Shown here: piece after piece, positions 40,606-51,293 of the stretch
Numbering within the stretch: position 1 is the stretch's first letter
Layout: the number at the start of each line of letters is the position of its first letter
Assembly: GCA_965221165.1 (NCBI GenBank)
Contig: CBDCRP010000002.1
Coordinates: 672,001-736,000 of the forward strand
Length of the DNA stretch: 64,000 bases
Reading direction: 5' to 3'
Origin: a bacterium
Lineage (GTDB): Bacteria > UBA8248
Made by a program: the position numbers and the translations under genes
Notes under the pieces: generated by a model
What the model was told of the DNA's origin: nothing
Databases searched by the model: none
The model's input: the letters and a program-made list of their open reading frames with translations, nothing else

Positions 40606-42017
40606 ACGAGCTCCGCCAAAACTTCACGATACAGATAGCGCACGAAACAGAGCAGGATGGCGAACAGCCAGTAGGGATAAAAGTGCGCCGTGGTGGAAAC
40701 GCCGACGAACAAGGCTGCGACAGTAGAAAAAATGACGGCGAAAGGCATCACGACGGCAAGTGAATTCTCATGCGGCGGCAAGCGCATGATCCTGAAAAAA
40801 TACCTCACGCCCGTGACAAGCATGGCCATTATCAAAAGGAGTCCCAACAATCCCAAATCCACGATAAAATTCATTGGCAAGCTATGCAGGGAAACCGGCG
40901 CGCTCTCCCTCGGATTATCCTGAAACAAATCCGAGGTCGACCACCCCCGAATACCCGATTCATAGCCGGTGATGTCGCCATACACATAACCCGAGAATGT
41001 GGCCGGCGTACCCTTCCAGTATCCGTACAAAAATCCATGTCGTGGCCCGCCTCCCAGAAAAGGCCGTTCGAAAAGCACATCCGATGCGCGCGCGTGCTGA
41101 AAAAGTCTCTCCTTCACGCTCATGGACAGATTCGACGCTTCGATGAACTCTTCTCTCACCGCTTTTCCCATCATCACCGAAGCACAAACACAGAGGAGGA
41201 ACATCGAGGTCGTGAGACAAGAAACGCCAAAAGACCTCATCTTCTTGTGTGCGCCTGCGCGCTCTCTGAATTTCAGGAAAAAGACGATGATGAGGAATAC
41301 GCCCAGAAACAAAGCAAGAATCGGAACGCGTCGCCATGTGGAGAAAAGCATAAGCATTCCGGTGGATGAGGTGAGCAAATAAAAATAGCCTCCCCTTCTC
41401 CAGAAAAAATAAAAGGCGACGCCCGCCAGTATCAGCCCGAGCCTGCTGGAGACGATGTGGTGCCGCGTGAACATGCCGATAAAAAATTGTCCATCATGAT
41501 TCAGCGAATACGGGTTGGGGATTCTCAGGTAATAGAAAAGAATGCTCTCGATACCCATCACCAAGGCGACCCGGAATACACTCTGGAGCGCGCCTTCGAA
41601 CTCATCCCTGCCCCACCCGTTGTTTCGAATCAGATACCATACGAGCATGCCGTCCACATAGGGTACGGCATCGGCCAGAATCCGGTAGAGGGGCACGGAC
41701 GTCTTGATGGGGTCGCCTTGTAGGTAGCCACCTACAATCCCTGCCCAGAATATCGTCCAGAACCAGAGGGCGGCTGCGCCGAACGCCGGTGTTGGTTTTC
41801 TCGTCCCGAACCGAATGGCCTCCATCGCCCACACGCCGCACAACAAAAGGAAAAGGAGCATGTAGACCTTGTACGGACCCACCAGATGGCCCGGGAAATA
41901 GGGGACGCCCTCCCACGGAATGAGAAAATAAATCGCGTGCAGGCGAATAACCGCATTGGTGAAGCGAAAAGGAGAGAGTTTCTTTTCTCCTGAAACACGA
42001 GAAGCGCTCAAAACCAC
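40602..42017 (-). CDS. O-antigen ligase/polymerase-like membrane protein
   Basis: Multi-TM; RPFLGGG, LHSL...VDLGLLG. Confidence 0.7.
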   Translation of the reverse strand: MVLSASRVSGEKKLSPFRFTNAVIRLHAIYFLIPWEGVPYFPGHLVGPYKVYMLLFLLLCGVWAMEAIRFGTRKPTPAFGAAALWFWTIFWAGIVGGYLQGDPIKTSVPLYRILADAVPYVDGMLVWYLIRNNGWGRDEFEGALQSVFRVALVMGIESILFYYLRIPNPYSLNHDGQFFIGMFTRHHIVSSRLGLILAGVAFYFFWRRGGYFYLLTSSTGMLMLFSTWRRVPILALFLGVFLIIVFFLKFRERAGAHKKMRSFGVSCLTTSMFLLCVCASVMMGKAVREEFIEASNLSMSVKERLFQHARASDVLFERPFLGGGPRHGFLYGYWKGTPATFSGYVYGDITGYESGIRGWSTSDLFQDNPRESAPVSLHSLPMNFIVDLGLLGLLLIMAMLVTGVRYFFRIMRLPPHENSLAVVMPFAVIFSTVAALFVGVSTTAHFYPYWLFAILLCFVRYLYREVLAELV

Positions 42018-42106
42018 GCGGTTTACATTCAGGGCTTGCTCCTCAGGGATCGGGGGATTTTCCGGGAGGCAGATGGTTCCTTATTGGCCACAAAGGAACG
42101 AAAACG

Positions 42107-42928
42107 CTATTTTCGAACGCCGAGGCGCCTGGAAAAATAGCCTCTCTTTAGCCACATGCGCACCCTATGCGGCAACATGCGATACGAAAACCAAAGCGGC
42201 AACAACGCGCGATGCAAGAGACCGCCTCCCAACACGCGAATCGCCTTGTTTTGCAGGGCGATTCCATCGAGCACATAGCGGAGCCTCGCACCCCGCTCGA
42301 AAAACTGCTTCGCATGAATTCTTTTCGCCGCAACGGGAATTTTTAACGCCCCGAGCTTCATTCCGCTTTCATGCAACCGGACATACAGGTCCCAATCAAG
42401 CTGACTGCTGCGATTCTCGTTGTAGCCTTGAATCTTCTTTATCGCCTCGCTTCTTACGAACAACGAGGTGTGAACCACGGGGTTAAAAAACATGAGTTGC
42501 CTTCTAAAGTCCCTTAGCGAGGTCCTTTTATCCTCTGCTCCAAATGCGGGCCACTGGAGAACATCTTTTGCATGAAAGGCGAACAGGGGTGAGACGACGG
42601 CGGAATAATCCGGAAAACATTCAAGCGCCGATTTTTGCATTTCAAATCTTTTGGGATGCGACAAATCATCGGCGTCATGCCTGGCGATAAATTCACCTCT
42701 GACCTCGCGCATACCCAGGTTGAGGGCTTTCGCGAGTCCGACTCTTCCCGCTTCTATCAGACGAATCCTGGGATCGCGGAATTGTTTCAGTATGCGAATC
42801 GTATCGTCCGTGGAGCCATCGTCGACGATGAGGCATTCGAAATCGGATTCCGTCTGCTCCAGTATGCTCTTCACCGCCTGTGCGATAAATTCCTCGGCGT
42901 TGTAAGACGTCATCAGAACGCTTATCAC
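42107..42928 (-). CDS. GT2 glycosyltransferase
   Basis: SVLMTSYN, VDDGSTD, HDADD. Confidence 0.92.
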   Translation of the reverse strand: MISVLMTSYNAEEFIAQAVKSILEQTESDFECLIVDDGSTDDTIRILKQFRDPRIRLIEAGRVGLAKALNLGMREVRGEFIARHDADDLSHPKRFEMQKSALECFPDYSAVVSPLFAFHAKDVLQWPAFGAEDKRTSLRDFRRQLMFFNPVVHTSLFVRSEAIKKIQGYNENRSSQLDWDLYVRLHESGMKLGALKIPVAAKRIHAKQFFERGARLRYVLDGIALQNKAIRVLGGGLLHRALLPLWFSYRMLPHRVRMWLKRGYFSRRLGVRK

Positions 42929-42959
42929 TTCGGATTCCCTTCAGCCAAAGCGCGCCCCA

Positions 42960-44885
42960 TCAAGCGACCGCTGAACGGTAGGGGTCCAAGATTTCCCGGA
43001 ACCAAAGCTCCAAAACCACCAAAAACCATATGAGAGGGTAAGCGGATTTCCCTTCCCTGAAACGGGCGTATAACTTCCCCACTTCTTTGGGGGAGAAAAT
43101 CCCTCTTCTGCGGAGCGACTCCTCGCTGAGCGCATCCTCGACGATTTCACGCAAATCCTCTTGCATCCACTTCGCCATAGGAAAATCGAAGCCCTGTTTT
43201 CTCCTCGCGGAAACCCCGGGAGGGATGACATCCCGAAGCGACGCCTCCAGCAATCTCTTCGGGTGTCCCCATTTCTTCTCCCACCCCTGCGGCAAGCCGC
43301 ACACGAATTCCACGATGTGATGATCGACGAACGGCACCCGCACTTCCAGTGAATGGGCCATGCTCATCGCATCGGTATCCCGCAACAATCTCCATCCCAT
43401 ATACACCTGCATTTCGAGTTCGCTCAGAATCCTCCAGGGCCTCTCGCCGACGCGGACCAACGAGGCGAGCATCGCGAGAATATCCTCATCCGTTTCGCGC
43501 TCCTGGAAGTGGGCTCGCAGTTGCGGGGAATACAAAGCTCTCTTTTCTTCGGGCCACGACAAAAAGCGCGCCAGAGCGTACAACCCAACCGGCGATTCCA
43601 CCCATTGCAGCCTACTGAACTTGTGGATTCGCTCCGAAGACATGGCCGAGCCATACCGGAGCATGTGCGAGAGAGGCTTCGCGAGGGTTTTTCTCGCCAT
43701 CAAAGGCAATTTCCCCCAGGCGCGCGATAATTCCCACCAACGCGGTATCAGGCGAAACGAGTCGTAGCCGCCGAAAATCTCATCTCCGCCAAGACCGGAC
43801 AAAGCGACGGTAACGCCATCTTGCTTCGCTGCCTGAGATACGAGATAGGTATTAACACCATCGAAGCTGGGCTGGTCCAGATGCCGCACGATGCGGGGGA
43901 GTTCCTCGGCCACGTTCGAGCCTTTGACCACGATCTCCAAGTGGCGCGTGGAGAAGGATTGCGCCGCCGCTCTCGCATATTTCCTCTCATCGTACCCTTC
44001 CGGAGCGTCATCGAAACCGATGCAATAAGTCCTCACGGGCTTATCGGCCCGGCGCGACATCAACCCCACTACCGCCGAAGAATCCAGGCCACCACTCAAA
44101 AAAGCTCCTATAGGAACGTCGCTTATCTTGTGTAATTCAACGCTTTTCTCCAACAAGTCTCGTAGTCGGGGGACTATTTCTTTTTCAGCACATCGCGTCG
44201 TTCCGGCTGCCGGCATTTTCCACCACTGCTCGATGGATGTTCCCTTTTTCGTGATGCGCATTCGGTACCCCGGCGGCAACGCCCTCACGCCCTTCAACAG
44301 CGTGCGCGTCCCGGGAACGAAGCCCAGGGAAATGCTGCTATCGAGAGAATCGAGATCGATCTCCGGGCAAAGCAAGCCGCTTCTCACCAACGCTCCCAGT
44401 TCCGAGGCAAACGCCCATCCACCCGCGATCGGCGTGTAGTACAAAGGTTTGACGCCGAGTCGGTCACGCGCCAAAAGCAACGACCGACGACCGGCGTCCA
44501 TGATTGCGAATGAAAACATCCCCCTTAGCAAACGGGTGCACTCATCCTCTTCCTCCTCATATAGACGCAACAGGACCTCCGTATCGGAACACGACCTGAA
44601 GGTATGGCCGCGACCCGTCAGATGCTCTCTCAATTGTCTGAAATTATAGATTGCCCCATTCAGCGCGACCCAGATTTTCTCATCTTCGCTGGACATGGGT
44701 TGTTTCGCCGCCGAGCTCGGGTCGATGATACCCAAGCGCCTCACGCCGATGCAGGTTGCGCCGAAACGGTGAAGCCCCATGCCGTCGGGACCGCGATGCG
44801 TCATCGCATCGCACATCCGCGCAACGCCTTCCTCTATCGAGGATGGAGAAAGTTTGGTCGAGGTGATTCCGCAAATTCCGCACAT
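42960..44885 (-). CDS. asnB: Second asparagine synthase-like amidotransferase
   Basis: MCGICG, HRGPD, FLSGGLDSS, SGLGGDE, EVRVPF, KQGF. Confidence 0.92.
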   Translation of the reverse strand: MCGICGITSTKLSPSSIEEGVARMCDAMTHRGPDGMGLHRFGATCIGVRRLGIIDPSSAAKQPMSSEDEKIWVALNGAIYNFRQLREHLTGRGHTFRSCSDTEVLLRLYEEEEDECTRLLRGMFSFAIMDAGRRSLLLARDRLGVKPLYYTPIAGGWAFASELGALVRSGLLCPEIDLDSLDSSISLGFVPGTRTLLKGVRALPPGYRMRITKKGTSIEQWWKMPAAGTTRCAEKEIVPRLRDLLEKSVELHKISDVPIGAFLSGGLDSSAVVGLMSRRADKPVRTYCIGFDDAPEGYDERKYARAAAQSFSTRHLEIVVKGSNVAEELPRIVRHLDQPSFDGVNTYLVSQAAKQDGVTVALSGLGGDEIFGGYDSFRLIPRWWELSRAWGKLPLMARKTLAKPLSHMLRYGSAMSSERIHKFSRLQWVESPVGLYALARFLSWPEEKRALYSPQLRAHFQERETDEDILAMLASLVRVGERPWRILSELEMQVYMGWRLLRDTDAMSMAHSLEVRVPFVDHHIVEFVCGLPQGWEKKWGHPKRLLEASLRDVIPPGVSARRKQGFDFPMAKWMQEDLREIVEDALSEESLRRRGIFSPKEVGKLYARFREGKSAYPLIWFLVVLELWFREILDPYRSAVA

Positions 44886-44999
44886 GATTATCGAGCCATC
44901 TTTTTACCTGAAAAAAGAAACCGCATATCACCTCCCTGACGACGCCAGGTTCCGAACCCCGGAAGAATCGAAACGATTGGTGAATTCATCCAAATCGCC

Positions 45000-46796
45000 T
45001 TACGACTGCAATTCCACGAATTTTCTATACCGGCCTCCCCTCCGCATAAGAGCGAGGTGGTCTCCTTCCTCGACAATTCGCCCTCCCTCGAGAACCAGAA
45101 TCTTGTCCGCGTCTTTTATCGTGGAAAGACGGTGAGCGACGATCAGGATGGTCATTCGCCCGCTGAGATTCCGCACGGCCGTCTGGATAAGACGCTCGAA
45201 CCCGCTATCGAGCGAACTCGTCGCCTCGTCCAAAACCAGTATTCGAGGAGAGCGAACCAGGGCTCTTGCGAGAGCCAAACGCTGTTTTTGGCCCCCGGAT
45301 AATTTGAAGCCGCGATTTCCTATGATCGTTTGATATCCCTCGGGCAATTCCCTTATGTATTCATGTGCATAGGCGGTTTCCGAGGCCTTTCGCACCTGCG
45401 TTTCACCGGCTTCCAAGTTCCCGTAGCGGATATTGTTGTAAACCGTATCGTTGAAAAGGTAGGGGTCCTGCTCCACCACCCCGATCAGGCTTCGCCATTC
45501 GCTCACGGAAACATCCCTTAAATCCACGTCATCGACATAAACGACGCCTTGCGTCGGATCGTGAAGACGCAGGAACAGATCGACGAAAGTCGTCTTACCG
45601 CTTCCCGAGGTGCCCACGAGCGCCGTCGTCGTATATTTTTCAATCGATGCGTTTATTCCGCCCAGCGCATCGCCCTGCGCGCCCGGATAGGAAAACGATA
45701 CATTTTCGAACCTCACCCCCTTTTTCAGGGAACCGACCAAAATGCCTCTTTCCCCGGAACTCTCCTGGCTTTCGCTTTCCGTATATTCTCGAATTCTCGT
45801 GAGATGGGGAGCGAACTCGTTCACGATGAGCCAATAATTGCCTATCAGCTTGAGCTTGGGCAGAACCTGCAAAAAGATCGCCAAAAACACCGTCAGCGTG
45901 AAAAAGGGAATTTCCAGAAATTTGATGGAGAAAACCAGACAAAGAACCATCATCAAGAAAATCAACGGCTCATAAAAAAACGACGCGATAATTCTATTGT
46001 CCATGATCTGGACGCAGAGCCGGCGATAGTCGCTCGCGCGCATCAAGTAATTTTCGACGTGGTGCATGAGGTTTCCAAACACCTTCACCGTCTTCACGCC
46101 CGAGAAAACATCATGAAGATAGGAACTGATGTCCTCCACACCCTGTGATTCTTTCGCGCCCTTCAAATACGCCTTTTGAAACCAAGGGAGCAGAAAAGAA
46201 CAAGAAATCGACGACAGACCGAGAACCAGAACAGTGAGCGAAAAAGAAACCATCAAATTGAGGATCAGATACAGAACACAGAAAAGAATACTGTTCATAA
46301 TGAGCATCATATGCTCGAAGATAAAACCGCAATTGTTCGCGGAAGTGAATTGGACGGCAACGAGAGCGCCGGTTTTTTTCCGGTAAAAAAATGAAAGCGG
46401 AAGATTCATGAGATTTCGGAAGGCTTTTTCTCTCATGTCGTATGCGATTCTCGAACTCAGCACCCGTGCAAAACGCATGGAGATCGCAACCAGAGCGTAT
46501 TTGATCAGCATGGCGAACGTGAACAGAGTGATGAGATTGATGAGCGAAAACTCCAGACCCAGGATTCCAAATCCCCACTCGGCGCACGTCGTGAAGATAT
46601 GGTTTGTTTCAATTCCTTGAATCGTTTGAAATATGGGCATCAGTAAACCCAAGCCGACGCTCTCGAACATCGTCGCCAAAACGAGGACGAAGGAATACAA
46701 GAACAGGAAATCCCTGTAATTCCGGGCAACGGCGAGAATATCCCTTTGTTTGTCGCTCAACATGTGGTTTTTCGGACTACGCCGGAGATTTTCCAA
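45000..46796 (-). CDS. ABC transporter permease/ATPase (MsbA/PglK-like glycan flippase)
   Basis: N-terminal TM domain, [31 protein letters not shown]. Confidence 0.88.
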   Translation of the reverse strand: MENLRRSPKNHMLSDKQRDILAVARNYRDFLFLYSFVLVLATMFESVGLGLLMPIFQTIQGIETNHIFTTCAEWGFGILGLEFSLINLITLFTFAMLIKYALVAISMRFARVLSSRIAYDMREKAFRNLMNLPLSFFYRKKTGALVAVQFTSANNCGFIFEHMMLIMNSILFCVLYLILNLMVSFSLTVLVLGLSSISCSFLLPWFQKAYLKGAKESQGVEDISSYLHDVFSGVKTVKVFGNLMHHVENYLMRASDYRRLCVQIMDNRIIASFFYEPLIFLMMVLCLVFSIKFLEIPFFTLTVFLAIFLQVLPKLKLIGNYWLIVNEFAPHLTRIREYTESESQESSGERGILVGSLKKGVRFENVSFSYPGAQGDALGGINASIEKYTTTALVGTSGSGKTTFVDLFLRLHDPTQGVVYVDDVDLRDVSVSEWRSLIGVVEQDPYLFNDTVYNNIRYGNLEAGETQVRKASETAYAHEYIRELPEGYQTIIGNRGFKLSGGQKQRLALARALVRSPRILVLDEATSSLDSGFERLIQTAVRNLSGRMTILIVAHRLSTIKDADKILVLEGGRIVEEGDHLALMRRGGRYRKFVELQS

Positions 46797-46959
46797 AACA
46801 CGAACGATTTCACGATGCCGAAAGGCTCGAGCGCATCGAGTGAATCACTCCAAACGCCTCGGAGTTACGGCATGCGCTTCATCGTCGCTCACTCTTGGGA
46901 CGGGTCAATCTCCGGACCTTTCCCTCGTGGTGGGTCGTCTTTATCTCGTGGAGTAGCGT

Positions 46960-48369
46960 TTATGGACTTTGAACATCAGAGAGTTTATCAGGCGGAGCCG
47001 TTTTCATCCAGTCAGCCGCTATCTTCTTCGCCAGCCAAAACTCATACGCGGAATTGATCTTCACGCTTTCCTCGGGAAGCATCGTGATATGGCCTATCTT
47101 TTCTCCTAAAAATTTTCCGGCTAGTACCGATTCCACCCGGTTCAGGTAAATCGCCCCGTTTTCCTTGAACAACGCCTTTCGCTCCAGGCGCAACGTTCTC
47201 TCGAGAGAGCCGTTGACGGGAGTGAGTCCGTTTTTCCCGTGATGATAGAAAAACGAAAGATCCTCGGATATGGATATCACGGAATCAACGCCGAATATCG
47301 TCATGGTGTCCACGGCTTTGTCGATATGCCACCCTCTGCGAAAAGGGGTGTTGACGTAGCAGACGCAAACCGCGTCGGGTGTATATTCGCTCTCCTCCTC
47401 CAGCGTCCTCAAGGCATGAAGCGCCGTATCCGCCATCTTGGCAGTACGTTTCGCCGGCGCTTCGGGCCTAAAGAGGCCATCCACTCCCTCGAAGCGCTCC
47501 ACATAATCCAAAACGTCTTCATCGTTTGAGGATACGACTATCTTGTCGACGGAGCGCGCTTCCTGGATTTGCTCCAGGGTTCGTTCCAATAGCGGTTTTC
47601 CCATGAACTGCGTAAAAGGATTCGCGAGTTCAAATCCCGCATCCACGACTATGGGAACGAGCGCCAACACTTTCGGCTTGCGGGAAAGGCTCATCTCCTC
47701 CACCACCCGCCCTTTGATTTTGCGGCGCGCATCCAGGAGCAGACTCCGGGATTTCGACAGGCTCTCGCCGTGGCGGCGATAATAAAACAGGGGCAGATTC
47801 ACGTTGTAGGGACGATGTCTCTGAATGAATTTCAACCACATCCCGTAACCGTCCTGACGATTGAATTCCTCGAAATAGCCGCCTATTTCCATCAGAATTT
47901 CCTTGCGGATCATGGTGCATGCGCCATGGGCCGGGAGGTCCAGTAAATCGACTTCCTCTCCTATTTTCTGGCGACGGACAATTTCCATGATCTCCCCATC
48001 GTGGTCCACGTGATAATAATCCGGGTACACCAGACCTACGCCGGGTTTCGTGTCCAGGATGTTGGAGAGAACCAGCAGAATGTTCTCATCCAGAAAATCA
48101 TCCGCATCCAGCCGCATCAGGTATTCACCCTCGGCGGCGCGCAAGGCGATGTTGTTCGTGAAATTCAATCCCTGGTTCTCTTGCTCGAGAATGCGAATCT
48201 TGGGATGCGCTCTGTAGGGTTCGAGTATTTCCGCCGTGTTGTCCGTCGAGCCGTCGTCGATGACGATCAACTCCCAATCATCGGTGGTCTGCTTCAAGAC
48301 GCTTTGAATCGCGGCGTCGAGAAAACGGGCGTAGTTATAGGTAGGAATGTAAACCGTAATCTTAGGCAT
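46960..48369 (-). CDS. GT2 glycosyltransferase fused to cytidylyltransferase-like (NeuA-like) domain
   Basis: IPTYN, DDGSTD, LDADD; C-terminal GKPLL, IVVSSND, TPFR, ENGAIY. Confidence 0.8.
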   Translation of the reverse strand: MPKITVYIPTYNYARFLDAAIQSVLKQTTDDWELIVIDDGSTDNTAEILEPYRAHPKIRILEQENQGLNFTNNIALRAAEGEYLMRLDADDFLDENILLVLSNILDTKPGVGLVYPDYYHVDHDGEIMEIVRRQKIGEEVDLLDLPAHGACTMIRKEILMEIGGYFEEFNRQDGYGMWLKFIQRHRPYNVNLPLFYYRRHGESLSKSRSLLLDARRKIKGRVVEEMSLSRKPKVLALVPIVVDAGFELANPFTQFMGKPLLERTLEQIQEARSVDKIVVSSNDEDVLDYVERFEGVDGLFRPEAPAKRTAKMADTALHALRTLEEESEYTPDAVCVCYVNTPFRRGWHIDKAVDTMTIFGVDSVISISEDLSFFYHHGKNGLTPVNGSLERTLRLERKALFKENGAIYLNRVESVLAGKFLGEKIGHITMLPEESVKINSAYEFWLAKKIAADWMKTAPPDKLSDVQSP

Positions 48370-48408
48370 GATGAATCAACCCAAATGGAATGAATCCGGC
48401 CACCATGA

Positions 48409-50001
48409 TTATTCCACCATGTCCATGGAGAGGGACTGATCCGCCTGGATGTCCGTTTTCGCTCGTCTGCCGATCAATTCATCCATCAACCAGCCCGGAA
48501 GGCCGTCGGCGGGCCTCTTCATACCCAGCATGGAAGATTCTATGGTCTCTCCGCGCCCAATATCGCGTTCGGCGACGATGCTGCGCCGCGCGCTGCTTCG
48601 GGCGCTTTTTTCTCTCTCGGCGACTCCGAGCGCACCGTCTCCCAAAACGCTCTCCGCAAGGCGAACGTTTTGCACCATCTTCCTCAAATCCTTCGGGTTC
48701 ATCGAGAAGAAATGCCCCGAATCGCTCAACTCCCGATCCAGGGTATAGTGTTTTTCGATGACCTTCGCCCCCAGAGCCACACCCAGAGAAGGGATGATCA
48801 TGTGCGCATCAGGCTCGGTATGGTCGGAGAGACCAACGCTGATGCCGGGGTATTTTTCCTTCAAAGAGGAGATGCGAAGGAGGTTCGCGTCTTCATTCGG
48901 CGCCGGATAACTCAACATGCAGGCCATGAGGATGAGCTGGTGGTTGCCCGTTGAGAAAATAGTGGCGATAGCCCGCTCAATCTCCTCTACCGTCGAACCG
49001 CCGCTCGAAAGAATAACGGGCTTGCCGAAACCGGCCACGCACCTGAGCAATCGACTGTCGGGAAGATCGCATGAGGCTATCTTGAAGAGCGGCATGCCTA
49101 AATCGTTCAGCATCTCGGCGCTATCGAGGTCGAACGGCGTGGAGAACGGGATGATGCCCTTCTCGAGACCATATGCGAAAAGCTCTTCATATTCCGGGGA
49201 GCCGAAGCGATCAAGTTTCCGGTAATACTCGATTTGCGGCATCTGTTTGCCTTGCCAGTAGGTCGTGGCTCCTTTGCGCGTCAAACGCTCCGCCTTGTAT
49301 GTCTGGAACTTGATCGCATCCGCTCCGGCTTCGGCGGCTAGGTTGATCATCTCCTTGGCGGTTTGCACGTCGCACATGTGATTGCAGGCGGCTTCGGCAA
49401 TCAGAAAGGCGGGATGGCCCTCTCCTATCATTTTGTCCCCGACGGCGATTTCCTTCGAATACGGACTCATCTCATGCGCAGCCATGGCGAGATCGAAAGC
49501 GCAGTGGATGTTGATGCAGTCATCCTGAACGGCGGATGGATACAGGGGCGGGGTCGTCGTCAACGCCCTCATGCTCATGATGCGAAGCGCCCCGTTTCGC
49601 TTTCCATTCCTGTCCACCGTGCACAGGTCGTCTATCTGGTTGTCTTGGACGTATCTCAACAGGGCGTCCAAGTCGCTTTTTCTGTTCGGATGATCGGGTT
49701 GAACCCCGACGAGGAAAGACACGTTCGCACGACCACATTCCCTGGCGACATCCCGGTACACCTCGACCAGGGGCGTTTCGCCGCTCAGCACATCGCCCCT
49801 AAAATGAGTCATCGCCCCGTTTCGCCTGCCGATCTCGGCGATTTCCTCGGAATCAGTGGATACGACGATTTTATCCACGCTCCGAAACTTCCTGACGTAA
49901 CGAACCGCATGCGCCACGAGAGAAAGGCCGTCGATTTCCAAGAGGTTCTTGTCCGCCAGACGATTCGAACCCCGCTTGGCCGGTATGACGGCGACGATCA
50001 A
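48409..50001 (-). CDS. NeuA-like cytidylyltransferase fused to NeuB-family nonulosonate synthase with SAF domain
   Basis: IPAKRGSNRLADKN, VSTDS; IAEAACNH, ADAIKFQT, STPFD, KIAS, GLSDHT, IEKHYTL, RRSIVA, KRP. Confidence 0.88.
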   Translation of the reverse strand: MIVAVIPAKRGSNRLADKNLLEIDGLSLVAHAVRYVRKFRSVDKIVVSTDSEEIAEIGRRNGAMTHFRGDVLSGETPLVEVYRDVARECGRANVSFLVGVQPDHPNRKSDLDALLRYVQDNQIDDLCTVDRNGKRNGALRIMSMRALTTTPPLYPSAVQDDCINIHCAFDLAMAAHEMSPYSKEIAVGDKMIGEGHPAFLIAEAACNHMCDVQTAKEMINLAAEAGADAIKFQTYKAERLTRKGATTYWQGKQMPQIEYYRKLDRFGSPEYEELFAYGLEKGIIPFSTPFDLDSAEMLNDLGMPLFKIASCDLPDSRLLRCVAGFGKPVILSSGGSTVEEIERAIATIFSTGNHQLILMACMLSYPAPNEDANLLRISSLKEKYPGISVGLSDHTEPDAHMIIPSLGVALGAKVIEKHYTLDRELSDSGHFFSMNPKDLRKMVQNVRLAESVLGDGALGVAEREKSARSSARRSIVAERDIGRGETIESSMLGMKRPADGLPGWLMDELIGRRAKTDIQADQSLSMDMVE

Positions 50002-51293
50002 TTTTTCGCTCCCCTTGTTTTCGTGGATGAAATCACGGGCATGATTTGCCCTGCCTGCCGAAGCACAATGAGCTTCGAATTCGGCCCCGTCGCCTCCATA
50101 GCGTCATCGACCGCCGCCTGTATCGACACGGCCCAGCCGAATCCCATCCCGTTCGCTTCCTCACGGTAAATATGAGGGGAAACCAATACCCCCCTCACGC
50201 GCTTGGAAATGATTCTGCCGATGGCCACCAGCGTATAGGCGAGAATTTTTTCGCGAAATTCACCCGCTTCGACCTTCTGGTAAAGCGAGTCGGGATCCCG
50301 GAATCCATGACGCTTAAAATTCGGGAATTGCGGTGAAACGCCTTCCCGACAATCCGCAGCCAATATGATCACCCCGTTGTCCCGACAGACGAGGTCCGCC
50401 GCGCATACGGCTTTAATGGACTGGCGCAAATCGATATCAGACGGATAGGCTTCCGCCACGACGACCTCGGCCGCTGCATCGACCGGCACTCCGTATAGCT
50501 CCAGACATTGTTCACAGCCCACCTTGTGGGCCGATTCCACGTCTCCCGCAACGACGTCATAGATTCTTTCATCGTCCATCATGATCGTATTGACCATAAA
50601 GCCCAGGCCGGCCCGGCGCGCGATGCGAACAAACGCCTCCCTCACCTTGTTGTCGAAATTGCCGAGAATTTCGCTCATTTCATAATCCAGAGCGGCCCAA
50701 TGGGTCGCCTCTATCGTGGCCTCGCCGCAAATACCGGGCATCACGCTCTTCGCCCCGCCGGAGAACCCCGCAGTCGCATGGGGTATGATGCTGCCGATGG
50801 ATATGAGGAAATCCGTTTCCAGGATTTCCCTGTTCATCTGCACGTCGAAACCCAGTTCGCTCCTTCCCAATGAAACCAACTGCGAGGGGTTTTCCCACTC
50901 ATGGTTCAGAATTTGGAATCGCGCGACCAGATCATCGCCGAACTTGCTCCGTATCTCCTTCTCCGTCATGGAGCGATGCGTGCCCAGCCCAATCAGAATG
51001 CGGATAGACGTATCCGGGACGTTCGCCTCGGCGAGTTCCTCCAGGATGATGGGCACTACGCGATGAAGAGGGGTATGGCGCGTATTGTCATCGGTGACGA
51101 TCAATACCCTTTCCGCGCCTTTGGAGGCCTCCCGAAGAGGGGGAGCGCCGATTGGGTTTCGAATCCGCTCGCGCAGGGCTTCATCGTCGAGGCCGTTGCT
51201 TTTCGGCAAGGCAGGTCCGTAGACGCCTACCAGCCGTCCATCTTCAACTTCGAAATCATCAAACAGATCATTCGTCAGAGATATCCTGGCCAT
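49998..51293 (-). CDS. larA: LarA-family nickel-pincer-dependent racemase/epimerase
   Basis: NPIGAPPL, DNTR, LGTHR, PHATAGFSGGAKSVMPG, QSIKA, ADCREG. Confidence 0.85.
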   Translation of the reverse strand: MARISLTNDLFDDFEVEDGRLVGVYGPALPKSNGLDDEALRERIRNPIGAPPLREASKGAERVLIVTDDNTRHTPLHRVVPIILEELAEANVPDTSIRILIGLGTHRSMTEKEIRSKFGDDLVARFQILNHEWENPSQLVSLGRSELGFDVQMNREILETDFLISIGSIIPHATAGFSGGAKSVMPGICGEATIEATHWAALDYEMSEILGNFDNKVREAFVRIARRAGLGFMVNTIMMDDERIYDVVAGDVESAHKVGCEQCLELYGVPVDAAAEVVVAEAYPSDIDLRQSIKAVCAADLVCRDNGVIILAADCREGVSPQFPNFKRHGFRDPDSLYQKVEAGEFREKILAYTLVAIGRIISKRVRGVLVSPHIYREEANGMGFGWAVSIQAAVDDAMEATGPNSKLIVLRQAGQIMPVISSTKTRGAKN

